A stretch of DNA of 64,000 nt from Camelus ferus (lineage: Eukaryota): assembly GCF_009834535.1 (NCBI RefSeq), contig NC_045698.1, positions 12,898,001 to 12,962,000 on the forward strand, given 5' to 3'. Both the position numbers and the translations under genes were made by a program. Below are positions 12,945-26,379 of the stretch, one piece after another (within the stretch, counting starts at the first letter, position 1; every line of letters begins with the position of its first letter). The notes below the pieces were generated by a model that worked only from the letters and a program-made list of their open reading frames with translations, was not told where the DNA came from and did not search any database.

Positions 12945-13699
12945 TAATGGTGGGTTGGGGTGGGTACAGGAAAAGCAACACACAAAAGGTACAGAGAGAA
13001 TACAGTTTTGATGTATGTTTGTGGTAAAAAAAAGATTACGTGAATTCACATGAAGAAGGGGACCAATGAAAGTATCACCTGAAGATGCAACAGAATGATG
13101 ATGTAAATCAACCATGACATCCAGGTCTATGCAAGCAGCTCAGCACTGCCTTGTGTGCCGCAGCATGTGTCTCATTCATGCTGGTCCAAAGGACCAGTGC
13201 TTGTGAGAAGTGCTCACTGGAGCATCAGGTTCACAGGCTGTTGATTCAGTTTTGCACCTCTGGGAACTACATGAACCTTGGATTAAGGACCATTGGCTTA
13301 AATGAACTCTGAAATCCTTCCTAGATTAAAAACGTTAACTCTGTATTACAAATGGGAGGAGTCCTTATCATTAAATTGACACTCAAATTTTATTTTGCCT
13401 GAACCTTGAATCCTTGCTAGATCAATTTTTATTGTGACAAAAATGATGATATTTAGTTTTACAAGCTTCCTTTTTTTCCCTATAAAACTGTTAAGAAAAC
13501 CATTTCATTTATACTTCAGTTAAAGAAAATCTTTTTCTTTCATTGACTCTTACAAGTACCAATTTGATTGCAATAGTTTTGTCTAATGGCATGGCAATAA
13601 CAATTTCACTATGGTCTTTTATAAAGCAATGTGGTAACTCAATTTATCAAATCTTCAGATATAAAAATAAGAAAATGTTTTAAAAATGTTTAACATCAG

Positions 13700-16570
13700 G
13701 GATTTTTCAGCTTCAGCTTTCACATGTAAAGAGCTTAGAAGTCATCACTCCATCCTTAAAACAAGAAAAAGAAAAAAAACTAGATAAACTGAAAAGCAAT
13801 GATTTTCCTCTTGAGTCCATTAAAAAATTGAAATTATAGACTAAGCCTATACCTACAAATCTGGATAGACAAATGCATTCAGAGAAGCAAAGCTGAGATC
13901 TGCTTACCTGGAGAAGAAGCTGCTGGAATCACAAACTTGTATGAACATGAAAATGGTAATTTTGACCAATTGCTGAAGCTGATCGTGGACTAACATGAAA
14001 CAGAGACTCCTAGGTGCTCTCACCCTTTCATGAGCTTTACTTCCTGGAAACCCATCACGTTCTAACAATAAAGAGTCAAGAGAGAGCACTTTGTGGTGCT
14101 GGTAGGAGAAGAGGTCTAATCACTGAGAAATACACATAGAACTTTCTCCATGACAAAAGCCTAATCCGTGAAAAAAGGACTATCAGAGCCATATCCCAGC
14201 TAGGGGAAGGGAATTACTCCCACTCCAGTTGCTACTGACTTCCTGCTTCACCTAAGAGAAATACAAACAAACAAACAAACAGCCATGAAGTTAGAGGCTT
14301 AAGATTGGGATGCTGTTGGCAAAAAGGAGAGTAGGGGACAAGGGGAAGAGCTACATCACTGAAAAACATTTCTGTTGGTCACAGCCCTGAGACACAGGCC
14401 CATGAAGAGACTAAAGTTTAATCCAGAGATCATATAATTCTCTTTTCCTTCCTCCACACATGGTTTACCACCAGCACCTTCTCTGCATCAACAGGGCTAC
14501 AAAAAACAGCAGTGGACTATAGCTTTAAGGGACTGCAAGATGCAGAATCTTTCTGAGGAGGAATATTTAGGGAAACCCAGAGGAGAGACTAAAACAAGGA
14601 CACTAGAGGAACTTATAGCCCCTAATCAAAGCTATAGCAAACATCAAACAAATCTCCACTCCTGGCCAGAATAAAGTAAATTCTCACACAGGATATTTCT
14701 ATCAATTCTTATTACCTGATATAGCATGTCTGGCTTTCAGCAAAAAATTACATGGCGTGCCAAAAGGCAAGAAAACAGTGCAGTCTGAAGAGACAAAGCA
14801 AGTGCCAGAATCCAGTGCAGATAAGACACAGGTGTTGGAATTATCAACAGGGAATTTAAAATAACTATGATTAATATGCTAAGGACATTAATGGAAAAAA
14901 TAAATATGCAAGAATAGGTGGGTATCATAAGCACTAAGATGGATTACTAAGAAAAGGTCAAATGGAAATGATAGAAATGAAAAAAAATACTATAATAGAA
15001 ATAAAGAATAGCTTTGATGGGTTCATCAGTAGAGTCAACATGGCTGAGAAAAGCATCATTAAGTACAGGAGATAGATCAATTTATATTTCCCAACCTGAA
15101 ACACAAAGAGAAAGATGAATAAAACAAACAAATAAACAAACAAAAAACCAGAGCAGAACATCCAAGAATTATGGAACAATAAAAGCAAATGTAATATAAC
15201 ATGCAATTAGAATGCCAGCAGTGAAAGAAAGGTAAAATAGAACAGAAGAAATATTTAAAGTAGTAATGACCAAAATCTTTCCAAAATTAATGACAAACAC
15301 AAAACCCCACAGGTTTAGGGAGCCAGAAAAGATGAACCATGATAAATACCAACATCTACACTAACACCTAAACCCCTACAACCACATACACATAGGCATA
15401 CCACATTTAAACTGAGGAAAATCAAGAGACAAGGAGAAAAATCATCACAGAATCCAGAAAGAAAACTAACCTTATCTATAGAAGAGCAATAACAAGAATT
15501 ATTTTTGGACAGAAGACTTAATGTCATAAATCATAGAAGCCAGAAGAAAATAAAGTAAATTATTTAAAGTGAGGAAAGAAAAAAAAATACTAATGTAGAT
15601 CTCTATAGCTAATGAATTTCTCTTTTAAGAGTAAAGGAGAACTAAAGACTTTCTCAGGCAAACACTGAGGAACTTCATTACTAGTAGACCTGCTTTGCAA
15701 AAACATGGAAAACTCTTGAGGTAGAAGAAAAATTATATGAGAGAGCAACTTGAATGTACACACAAAATGAACATCAAAGAGGAAATAAAGGAAGGTAAAA
15801 GTAAAATCTTTTATTTTTCTTATTCTTTGTTAATAAGCAATACAGCTTTGTTTAAAGCAATGACAGTAACAATTTATTGGATAATTCTAGCATATGGATA
15901 GGTGAAATAAGTATAAACAATGTCACGAGAGGTGAGAGAAGATATCAGGAATACTGTGTTAGAAGGTACCTGTACTACAGGTGAAGTAGTGTAGTGTCAG
16001 TTGAAGGTGGACTTAGTTAGAAATGTGTATTAGAAACACTAGGGCAATCATGAAAAATTTTATGAAAAGCAGTATAATTTTATATGCTAAGAAAGGAGAT
16101 AAAATTGAGTTAAACACAATTCCAATTAAAACCAGAGACAGAAAAAAAAAGGTGTAAGAAGGGAAAAGGCAAGAATAGAAAACAGTTACAAACACAGTAT
16201 ATATTAATCCAACTTTATCAATAATCATTTAACAGATGAATGGCCTAAATGCACAAATTAAGAGACAGAAGCTGTCAGCACAGATATAAAAAAGAAGCAT
16301 AAACTACATTTTGTATACAAGGAGTCCACTTTAAAAATAAAGGCCAAGTTTGATGAAAAGTAAAGAGATGGGCTAGAAAAATGTATGTCATGCTAACAAT
16401 AATTAAGAGAAGCTGTAGTAGTTATATTAATTTCAGACAAAGCCAATTTCAGAACAAGAAAGATTACCAGAGATAAAGAAAGGCAATGTATATTGATAAA
16501 GGGGTCAATTCTTCAAGAAGCATAATCATCTTAAATGGATATGAACCTAATAACAGAGCATCAAAATAAT
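13700..16570 (+). mobile_element. Old L1 (L1M) 5' region: 5'UTR, ORF1 remnant and start of ORF2 endonuclease
   Basis: A-rich ORF1-like tract (~14800-15800). Endonuclease-start-like ATCAATAATCATTTAACAGATGAATGGCCTAAATGCACAAATTAAGAGACAG at ~16217. Multiple stops. Confidence 0.8.
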
Positions 16571-17930
16571 TCAAGAAAAGAATTTGCCAGCAATTGAACT
16601 ATGCAAAGACAAGACATTGACGTATAAAGACAACTTTCTTTCTTTCAATAGACTTATTGTAAATATAAACTACTTTACATCATCAATCATTATACATTTA
16701 CCACTTTAATTTTGGCTACATTGTTTCTAGGCATAAGAATCACATACCCCTACCAATCTGAGAACAGATCAGACTGTTTCATTGCCTAAAATGCTCTCTT
16801 TCATAGAAGGTAGATGGCATCAATGAGCAAAAGATAGATTCAAGAAAAATATGAAGCAATTGTAACATGAACTTAAATAGCTGGGCTATATAGTTATTGT
16901 TTGACTCTGGTAAAAGAAAAGAATAAATGAGAGTATGGTTACCATTATTTTGTAAATGCACGAAATTATTTTAAAGCATGAAAAATTTGCAATTCAATAT
17001 AGCATCTCAGGCATAGCTTTATGCCAAGAATGCAAACAGTATTTATTAATTTAACTTGATGACTAGATCATGTAATTCTAATAAATATATTCTCAGAATG
17101 ATTAGTTCTCTGAACAAAAAATCCTATTCAGATGATACATGAAATTATAGATGAAGGTACTATAATTTATATCAAAATATTTATATAATCAATATTTATC
17201 AGGATCCTACAATAATCCTTGCACTTTTATAATATACATTCAGTTGAGAGAAGTATAACACAAATAAACATGCAAATTGATAAAGAATACGTTATAATGA
17301 AAATAGTCTATCAAATTGTCTTAAAGTATTTCAAGTAACACTTTATAACAAGACCAATAGATAAAAAATACATTTGTTTAATGTATCTTCTGGGAACAAA
17401 CAAGCAAATTTATCTTAGTGTTAAAAATTCACCTACTCTTTGGTCACTCTGATCTCATTATTATTGTGAAATGGAGGAAGAAGGGAAAAAGGAAAAGAAC
17501 TAGTTAATGGAGATAATTGTTACTCCTTCACTAGGTCCCTTCTATGGCCATGTGCCTAAGTAAGCACATGTAAATCCACAAGTAAATCCACTTTTAAAGG
17601 AATTTCTTTGGTTTCAAGGAACTAGAACAGAGATGACAAAATTGTTACTCTGTATTGAAAGAGTCTCTTGTTATTTACCCAATGTTTTCATTCCCACATT
17701 ACCAAGCAATGAAGCAGAGTTACAAATTTCTTGACTAGATGAACCTATAAAACTTAGAGTACATTAGTTTTAGGAATGTGATTAAATTATTTTAATAAAG
17801 TTTTAGTAACACTAGGACAAAAATCTTTGTATAAATTATATATTTTTCTTATGAGAAGAAATCATAGTATCCATGAATTGTGTTAATTATATTTCTAGTT
17901 TTTTTTTCTAATTTTGGAGGGTTTTGGTAA

Positions 17931-18083
17931 AGGGATATATACTTAGTATTTTGTGGTAACCCATTATGAAAAAGAATATGAAAACAAATATATCAAATAT
18001 ATGTATATATATGTATGACTGAAACATTATGCTGTAAACCAGAAATTGACATATTGTGAACCAATGATACTTCAGTAAAAAAA
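17931..18083 (+). mobile_element. Short L1 3' terminal fragment
   Basis: Matches the reverse complement of 161-320 (ACATTATGCTGTAAACCAGAAATTGAC ... TACTTCAGTAAAAAAA). Confidence 0.85.
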
Positions 18084-18999
18084 GTTACCCTAATGCACTT
18101 CAAAAGAAAAGATCTCAGTTAAATCCTCTGGACTCTTGGATTTAAACAAAAGCTAAACAGAGTAACTGTTTCACTGTAAACCCAGTAGCCCAATAATAAC
18201 ATAGTGTATAATACCTCCTAGTTTTAAGTTAATTTGATGCTGTTATAATTCCATATCATTCTATATAACTTCAATTGAACAAAAATGGAAATGGGTTATT
18301 TAGTGCATTCAGTAGTGACAAGAAATCATGTTTTATTCATTATCCTTGATTAGCTTTATGTGAAGTGTTCAGGCATAGGTCTCAAAACACCTCTTTTAGA
18401 AGTGTGGCTAATCTTTTTAGGAGAGGAAAGAAAACAATTTCCGTTTAGGCCATCAATCAATGAAATAGCAGCTTGGTTCCAATTGGAAAGCTGCTACTGC
18501 ATTGTCAGATAGTAGCAGTTATTAACCAGCCCCTGAACAGCATATGTTATTTCCATTAACTTTCATCTCTCCTGATGAGCAGATAAATGGATAGGAAAAA
18601 ATGAGTTGACCAGAATAGATAGATCTGAAGATAATGTATTTGCAAGGCATCAAGGTGTAAATGAAATTCCTAACAGCTTCCACTGTGTCTGAACGCAGTT
18701 GAGTAAAATTAAGCCAAAGGAACAGACTGGGTATGTGTGATAATAGGGCACAGTACATGTTCATCTTGGATTCAGGAAAGCTAACCACAATAGATAAAGG
18801 AAAACATAGATCCTAGCCTCTGGGAGCTCATGGCTATGAAAAAAGAGAAAGAAGGAGTCAACTGAACGTGTAAAGAGTACAGTACGTACAGTGACAAAAG
18901 TAAACCCCGGAGGTTCTGAAGTATGTCAGCAAGGAATCTCACCCATAACGTTAGGGCCAGGAAAACTTCTCGAATTGAGTTTCTAAGAATGAATGAGAG

Positions 19000-19249
19000 T
19001 TGGAGGGAAGGGATAAAAGAAGTGTTTGGGATTAACAGGTACACACTACTGCATATAAAATAGATAAACAACAAGGTCCTACTGTGCAGCACAGGGAACT
19101 ATATTCAATACCTTATAATAACCTATAATGGAAAAGGATCTGAAAAAGTATGTGTATGTATCTATCTATATGAATCTAGATATATATCTGAATCACTTTG
19201 CTGTATACCTGAAACTAACATCGTAAGTCAATTATACTTCAATAAAAAA
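19000..19249 (+). mobile_element. L1 3' end (cetartiodactyl type)
   Basis: AACAAGGTCCTACTGTGCAGCACAGGGAACTATATTCAATACCTT ... TATACTTCAATAAAAAA. Confidence 0.88.
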
Positions 19250-19718
19250 TGAATTCATGAGGTTTAGATGAATGACAAGAAAATCATATTTTATGTAGAA
19301 CAAAGAGAAGGCCAAAATAAAGATTTGAAAAAGCAAGGCAGGAATGAAAACTAACTATGCTGTTTAACATGGCTGGTGTATCGGGTTTGGATAATTGTGA
19401 AGTAAGAAATGAGGTGGGATGTGTAGCGAGAGTTAAGAAGATTGAGTTTTTTAGAGAAGGTTAGAGGAAGGGCAATAGCTAAAGGAGATTCAGAACTGAT
19501 AGTTATTTTATCAGGGTGAAGCAACCTACATATAGGTTAAGGGGAAGCAATTCAATAGAAAAAGATGAAGTACACAAAGCTTTGCAAAGTTAGTTCTCAA
19601 AATGACTAGAGTCCTACCATTTAAGTCTCTGTAAAGAATGTGAAGGGTTATTGAGTCTGTGGCTATGGGAGCAGGAAGTTGAAAAAGCTCTTGGCAAATT
19701 TTCTCTTTTATCCTATAA

Positions 19719-19928
19719 CTGTGGTTTCCAACCAGGGACAATTTTGCTTCCCCACTGAATGTGTAGCAATATTTGGAGATGTTTTTGGTTGTCACAACTG
19801 ATGGGGCTGCTGGTACTGTCATCTAATGGGTGGAGGCTAGGGATGCTGCTAAACTTCTTATAACATACAGCAGAGCTGTCCCCCCCACCCCCAATCAAAT
19901 ATCAATAGAGTTGAAGTTGAGAACCCTG
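19719..19928 (+). mobile_element. MER20 (hAT-Charlie) DNA transposon
   Basis: GTGGTTTCCAACCAGGGACAATTTTGC ... TTTTGGTTGTCACAACTG ... GAGGCTAGGGATGCTGCTAAAC ... GTTGAGAACCCTG. Confidence 0.88.
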
Positions 19929-20519
19929 CTTTAGGAAGTAATAGATGATGTTATTTGTGGATTTAGGGGTCGGAGGATTAGGTAGGAACTTCAAGAGGCC
20001 AGACTAAATTTGGAATAGGGTTGAGTGGATGACAGAAGTACTTAAAATGACTGAGGTGTGGGTCAAAACTCTAGTGTGTCTCACCTAATGGAAAAAAATT
20101 AAACTGAATTACAAAAGAGTAAGGGAGAAGATGAGTATTGAGCATGGCACAGATGGTTTCCCTGTCTTATGTCTTTCAGGATATTAATGATTTGTTTAAA
20201 AATCTTTCTTCCCTGCATAGTCCCTGTTTTCTCATGGTCCGTCACCCCTTTGTTAATTTTCTCATCTCCTTTTCATTTTAGAAGGATTGTCTTGGACAAT
20301 TTGTAATTTTTGGTCTCTTATACTCATTTTAAAAGGCCTTCCTTAGGTTGTTGTTAATTTGTTTTTTATTCATTTTCAATGGTAAAGAGCACCATTCAAG
20401 AGTCAACTTCTTTAATCCCCTATGTTAGGTGAAAGTATACTTAGTAATTCATTTTACTAGGTAAAATTGAAATGGATTAATGATATTTTTATAGAGGCTG
20501 AAGTCAAGTGTAATAATAC

Positions 20520-20705
20520 AGGAATTATATATACAACACACATAATATGTATTATATATATTATACACACGATATGTACACACATACACATATAATATAC
20601 AGTATAGTATGTATACATGTATATCACGTATGGTATCTATATTATATTATGATTTTTTTCACGAGTATATGTATATCATAAAAATATACGTATGATACAT
20701 ATATT
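20520..20705. repeat. TA/CA-rich low-complexity tract
   Basis: Degenerate (TA)n and (CA)n sequence. Confidence 0.6.
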
Positions 20706-21064
20706 GTTTCAGTAGTAAAGCAAATTTTATTTTATTAGTAGCAAATTCCAAAGACTGGGTTTCATAATCTTTGAGAAAATCATTTATTGTTGTTTGGGCC
20801 ACCTGATTTTCCCACCTCTTTTCTGACCAATTTTGATCCTTAATAATCTTCTTCCTACCTCGCACCATTGCAAGTATATAATAGGATCACAGTAAATACT
20901 CGTTTATTTACTAACTAAATAGAAAAAGAACCCTCAATTAATCGACTAGAAGGAAATTACATCCTGTGATTGACAATACTGTAGTAATCTATAGGGAAAT
21001 ATGATAGGAAAAGATAGAGAATTAGATCATTAATAGTAATTAAAATAATAGTAAAATATAGTAA

Positions 21065-21412
21065 AATAATAATAGCTGCATGGAACTAACTATATGTCAA
21101 TTACTGTTCCAAGTGCTTTACATATGTTAATACATTTAATCCTCCAACAGTTCAGTTTGAAAGTGATGTTATGTGATTTCCATGCTCACTTCATTGGTCG
21201 GAAAAAGTCACCTGGTCATGACTGAGTTCAAAAGGGTGGGAATGTTAAGTTCTTCCACTGAGAGGGGGACTGAAAAGAGAGGCATGGAATTAAGATGACT
21301 AGAAATGCAGTCTACCACAGCCTTTTCCTCTGCCTGAGGAAATTTGGGCACTATGAGGTTAAAGAACTTGTTCAAGGTTACACAGCTGGTAAGCTATTCG
21401 ACCAGAATTCAA
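21065..21412 (-). mobile_element. MIR split by an MLT1-like LTR fragment (~21170-21320)
   Basis: AAGTGCTTTACATATGTTAATACATTTAATCCTC and GAGGTTAAAGAACTTGTTCAAGGTTACACAGCTGGTAAG flank CATTGGTCGGAAAAAGTCACCTGGTCATG. Confidence 0.65.
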
Positions 21413-22544
21413 AAGTTTTGATTGCCAAAGTGTATTACAGTTGTGCTGTGCGCCTCAGTCCTGCCAGAATGTGGTTAAATGCTTTGAGATTCCCTTGGCA
21501 TTGGGAAAACATAAAGAATTAGGTTTCCCAACAGTATTTGCAGAGAATCGATGTCTGTTAGAATTATGCTACATTAATAATGAAATTCAGCAGTTTGTTT
21601 TCTTTCATTTCTCCCTCTTTTTGGCCATGTCACAGTCATAACCTCCATCTTTACACTCACTTCTCATCTGCGTCTTCCTATGAAACCAAATGGGCAGGGT
21701 TATTTGGAGGTGGAAGTGGTTAGGAAAAGAATGGCAGTGTTTAATGAAACATAAGACACCGTGAGGTCATGGAAAAACAATGTATAATGTTTCTTAACTT
21801 TGCAAATAGATGACAATTTGGTTCCAATCACTGTGGTTTTAGTTCCTGAGATTGTTTTACATTGTTACGCTTTCTAACTAAAGAGTTCAAGTGAATTCTG
21901 AAATTATTCATTTCTCTTTAATTACTATGAGATCTCATAATACCATTTAATTAGATAATCTTATACAATGCTTGAGGACAAAATCTTTTATGCATACTTA
22001 ATACTCAGAATAGCATTTGTGACATTTATATGGTTCTCTCTAGAGAATTTATTGTGTGTAGACATGATATAGATTATTCCTTTTTAATGGAATAAATTTT
22101 ATATGGATTTAGATAATTCTACCCTCTTCATAAGCATGGATTTATGCTTTAAGTATTAAGTATGTTCTTAAATATCCTTAAAATAATAATGTAGAAAAAT
22201 AGTTTGTAAACTTAGGATTGCATATTATTTTGTTTGCTAAATGTTCTGGGTGCATAACAATTATAATATCATAAAACATGCCCTTGGCAGAGCCTGGAGT
22301 TAACTGTTTAACCATTTTATTCCTGACATTTTTGTTGACTGCATATGGCAGTGGGGTTGAAGGAAGATAAAAACTGAGAAAAAGATTTTGAGGAGGCAAA
22401 ATAGAAGGTAAATGAGGGCTTATTAAGAATACTGTTCCTAGGATGTTAAAATCTATAAAATGCTGTAATATTTTACAGCATTTGAGACTGATCAAATTAA
22501 ATATCTTCTTAAATATTGGCATATGTAATGTATATTCTTCCCCA

Positions 22545-22650
22545 TTTGAATATGAACTTCCTGAGGATAGGAGCATATATTGTTATCACCCAGCATAGTA
22601 CTTGGCATGAAGTGTATACACTATGTTATGTATTGGATATATAAACGAGT
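22545..22650 (+). mobile_element. L2 3' end fragment
   Basis: TATGAACTTCCTGAGGATAGGAGC ... CCCAGCATAGTACTTGGCATG. Confidence 0.55.
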
Positions 22651-23739
22651 ATATCAAGAAAAATCACAAAATCCCTGTCATAAATAGAAATTATATTTAA
22701 ATTACTATGGCATTATTTATTTATTTGCAATTAAGTATACATATTTATAATTTATTGATTATTTTTAACGGTAAAGTGATATATTATTTTGAGATAAAAA
22801 TTATACTGAAAAGGCAATCATGCTTTAAAATGAATTCTAGGAGAAACAGTCATGGAATATGAAAGCTATTTTGAGCTACTTTTTCTTTTTATACTTGACT
22901 TTCCTGGTAATACCCTGATAGTTTTACAACTCACACTTGAGTAATAAATGCCCACTGTTTCTGGTTTCCGAAGATTAACAACATTATAGGATCCTATTAA
23001 ACTTCCCAGGCACTAGTTTGGATTTCCAAAGTCACAAGAACGTCTAATTGGAGAACAGATCTGCCTGTCCTAAATATTTTCTTTTAAATGTAAGCTAATC
23101 TCACTTCGAGGCCATGTCTCATTTGTATTATTTTCACTGGATATAGAGTCACCCAAGAACAAATTAAACTTATTCACCTCAAGTTATTTTCTGTTGTATT
23201 TACCGGGTTGCTTCAAAGTATTTAGTCCATTTGGCTAGATAAACATGCATTTTTATGATGAAAAGTTAACATAGGACCATAAGGCTGAGTGTTAAGTGGA
23301 CATATTTATTTAACCGTAATACCTAAAGATATTTTAAAATTTGTAGCTATAGAGTTTCCTTTTGTTTCTTTCTATGTGTACAGATATGAAGCTGAATTTA
23401 TTAACTATATACTTTTGTGTAATAATATGCATTTGGACAAGAACCAGTCCCTTTTTAAGAAGTGTATGATGTGCACTCTGTATGTTCAGAAGGGCGCTAT
23501 GGTTCATTAAACCAGATACAATCAGGCTTTGTTTTGTGAATTACAATTTTTATAACATTTATTTTTCTCATATCATCCTGTCAACAACCAGGGAAATATC
23601 AGTTGATGGAGAGAAAATTAAACCAAAGGCATGGAAAAATCCATTTGTGCAAAATCCCAATCACTTTGGAGGGAATGAGTAAATATAGGGGTATATTTGA
23701 AAAAATATATCCAACTGCAAACATCAACATGAACCAATA

Positions 23740-24500
23740 AGCAAAAGAATTACAACAAACTTAGTGGGTTAAAACACACATATTTGTTATTTCCCACTGT
23801 TTGTCCAGAGTCTGGAGTCCTGGCCTGGCAATGGCTGGATCCTCAGCTAAGGGTCTAACATGGCTGCAGTCAAGGAGTTAGCTGGGTGGTGTTTATATCT
23901 GTGTGCTCGACTGGGGAAGATTCTGCTTCCAGGCACACTCAGGTTGTTGGCAACATTCATTCACTTGTGGTTTAAAACTGAGGGTCTTAGCTTTTGGCTG
24001 AATGTTGACTGGAGACCCCCTAAGCAAAATACTGACAGAAGGAAATAGACCTACAACCTTAATTTCTTTTTCAGATTCTATTCCATTACAGATTATTACA
24101 GGGTACTGAATATAGTTCCCTGGGCTGTACAGTAGTTCCTTATTTATCTCTTTTATATACAGTAGTATGTATCTGTTAATTCCAAACACCTCATTTATCC
24201 CTTCCCCCCAACCCTCATTCATTCTTAAAAACTCAGTTCAAGAGTCTTCCTAGCCCAAATGTTATGGGTTAGGGTCCTTGCTAACACACTTCAGAACCGC
24301 TTGGGTTTACTTTTGTCACTGTACATACCACACTAGAGGTTTACACAGCTCCTGGGTTCTGCCCACAGCTCCCAGCCCCATGATTTTTCCCAACATTGCC
24401 ACTTGCTTCGTCACATCACCATGGAGAGTCTTTAGAGTGAGTCTACTAGCAAGAAGGAGTCATATAATGTAACACAGTCATGGGAGGGAAACCCCAAGAC
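23740..24500 (-). mobile_element. MLT1 (MaLR) LTR, interrupted at ~24022-24332
   Basis: AATTACAACAAACTTAGTGGGTTAAAACAC ... GGCTGCAGTCAAGG ... resumes TAGAGG...CCAACATTGCCACTTGCTTC ... ATAATGTAACACAGTCATGGGAG. Confidence 0.8.
24062..24212 (-). mobile_element. L1 3'UTR fragment lacking the terminal ~100 bp
   Basis: Reverse complement matches 19000-19148 (TGAATATAGTTCCCTGGGCTGTACAGTAG). Confidence 0.85.
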
Positions 24501-24677
24501 ATCCAGCACAGTAGAGATAATAAAGGTATTTTTACAAGGTGGTTACAATTCTCCCTCAACTGTGCATCTGGTTTCAGCAGAGATGGGCTCAAACTGGAAT
24601 GAAAGAAAGAGGGCTCCAGAAGACATATCTAAGAAAAAAATCAATTAATTAATGTGTTCAATATAGCAAATAGGCAA

Positions 24678-24680
<3 letters not shown>

Positions 24681-24711
<31 letters not shown>
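24681..24711. repeat. A31 homopolymer
   Basis: 31 consecutive A. Confidence 0.95.
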
Positions 24712-24713
<2 letters not shown>

Positions 24714-25434
24714 CACAGCTATTAATTCCAGTAGAAACAGAATGCTGTACAAGAAAGAAAATAAATGCTAAATACTGAATTCACCAAAATTACAGCAAAA
24801 TTATTTTGGATGTTGGACAGAGGAAATATTTACATGTGATTATATGGTTGGAATAGGAAAAAGGATCTCTAAATCTTCATATTCTATATTAAGGAATCAG
24901 TAGGTTAATATCTAAAACTTGAAGAAAAATAGAGTATAAGTACGTTATTTAACAACCTGACACTAAACAGATGGAGTAATTAAAGAGCTGAAATCCATTG
25001 TCTATAGTGGGTGAACAGGAAGATGAATATATGAATGACAAGGTCTACTGTTTTTTGTTATATTTGTCCTACTTTGATTTTTTATACTATGCAGTTGCAT
25101 AATTATGATAAAATAAAAATTAAGAATGAGTAGAATGAGCATTTTAGCATTCATTTCATGTACCTAAATATTGTTTAAATTTTTCAAAAGCTATGTCTTA
25201 AATTTGTTATTAAAAGCAATAAATCTCTCTCCTTCCTCCAAAATGTATAAAGCTTTTTTTTTTCCAGTGAACTCTGAAGAGACAGAGAATCTCCTTGAGG
25301 CCAAGACAGAATGGATGAAATACTAGACAGCAGGGAAGGGAGCTGGTATTCAGTTAAGAATACATTTCCCAAGCTTGACAATTTTTTTCCCAGTCTAAGA
25401 GTTAGAGTAGAAGAAAGAAGGAAGTGGACAAAAA

Positions 25435-25625
25435 ACTTCATTAATTGCCTACTGTGTGCTTGGCACTGCAGAGGTGTTGCCTGTGTTTCTTCACTTGGTC
25501 CTCACGATAACACCGAGACAGATATTGCTTACCTAGTGTTATAGAGGAGGGGCTGATGATGAGAAATTAAACAGATTGATCCAGCAAATCAGGCTCTGTA
25601 GTGTCAGAGCAAGAACTGAAACTCA
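25435..25625 (-). mobile_element. MIR SINE
   Basis: TTAATTGCCTACTGTGTGCTTGGCACTG ... TCCTCACGATAAC ... GTCAGAGCAAGAACTGAAACTCA. Confidence 0.65.
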
Positions 25626-26379
25626 AAAAAACATCAGCTATAGATGACTCTAAAATGAATCCTTGCTTAGCATCAATCCTTTGTGTGCAAAATATGCTTC
25701 GTTTATGAAGTGAAGATCTTCATTGTGTTAATTCAGTATGCCTTCTGCAATCTTGTTTACATTAATTCACTTGAACATGGACAACTCAAAGGTCAGTTTC
25801 AGTTTTGCTCTTGTAAAATGTTCAAGCCCAGAATTTTATACCAATTTTCATCAACTGATATATTCAAATAGTATAACAGCATTTTATTGAGTGAGTGTAG
25901 GTGGTTAATTTTTAAAAATTGCTAATCTAAGTATTGAGTTCCTATGTAATTTGTAGTAATTATATGGCAACTTGATTTATCTGCTATTATTCGATTAAAT
26001 CATAACACGTGATTTTAGTGATGTATCAATATTTAATAGAATCATTAACATATGGTTGACATTTTGCTAAATCTTTGTGTATGACCTTCCTCATTATGAG
26101 TTTAAATAGATCTATTGCTGGCTTTGGTTTAGTATATCTATTTTTAAGAAGACGGGTTTTGTTCTAACTAGAGTTCGTGAAGGAATCCATTTCTGAGGGG
26201 TGTATGTAGGATTTGGGGGAACAGTTTTAAAGAATCTCAGAAACAACTATGTTTACCTTTTGATGCTCTGATTTATTGCTGTGACAAGAACAAGTAGAGG
26301 TGTCAAAGAAGAACGGTGATGTCGAAAAAAATCATAAAGAGATTAACAGCTCAACACTGAAACAGTTCTATTCATTAGT

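Noticed and set aside
24681..24711. A31 as tail of a processed pseudogene
   Set aside because: No upstream coding similarity, adjacent polyA signal or TSD; probably an expanded homopolymer.
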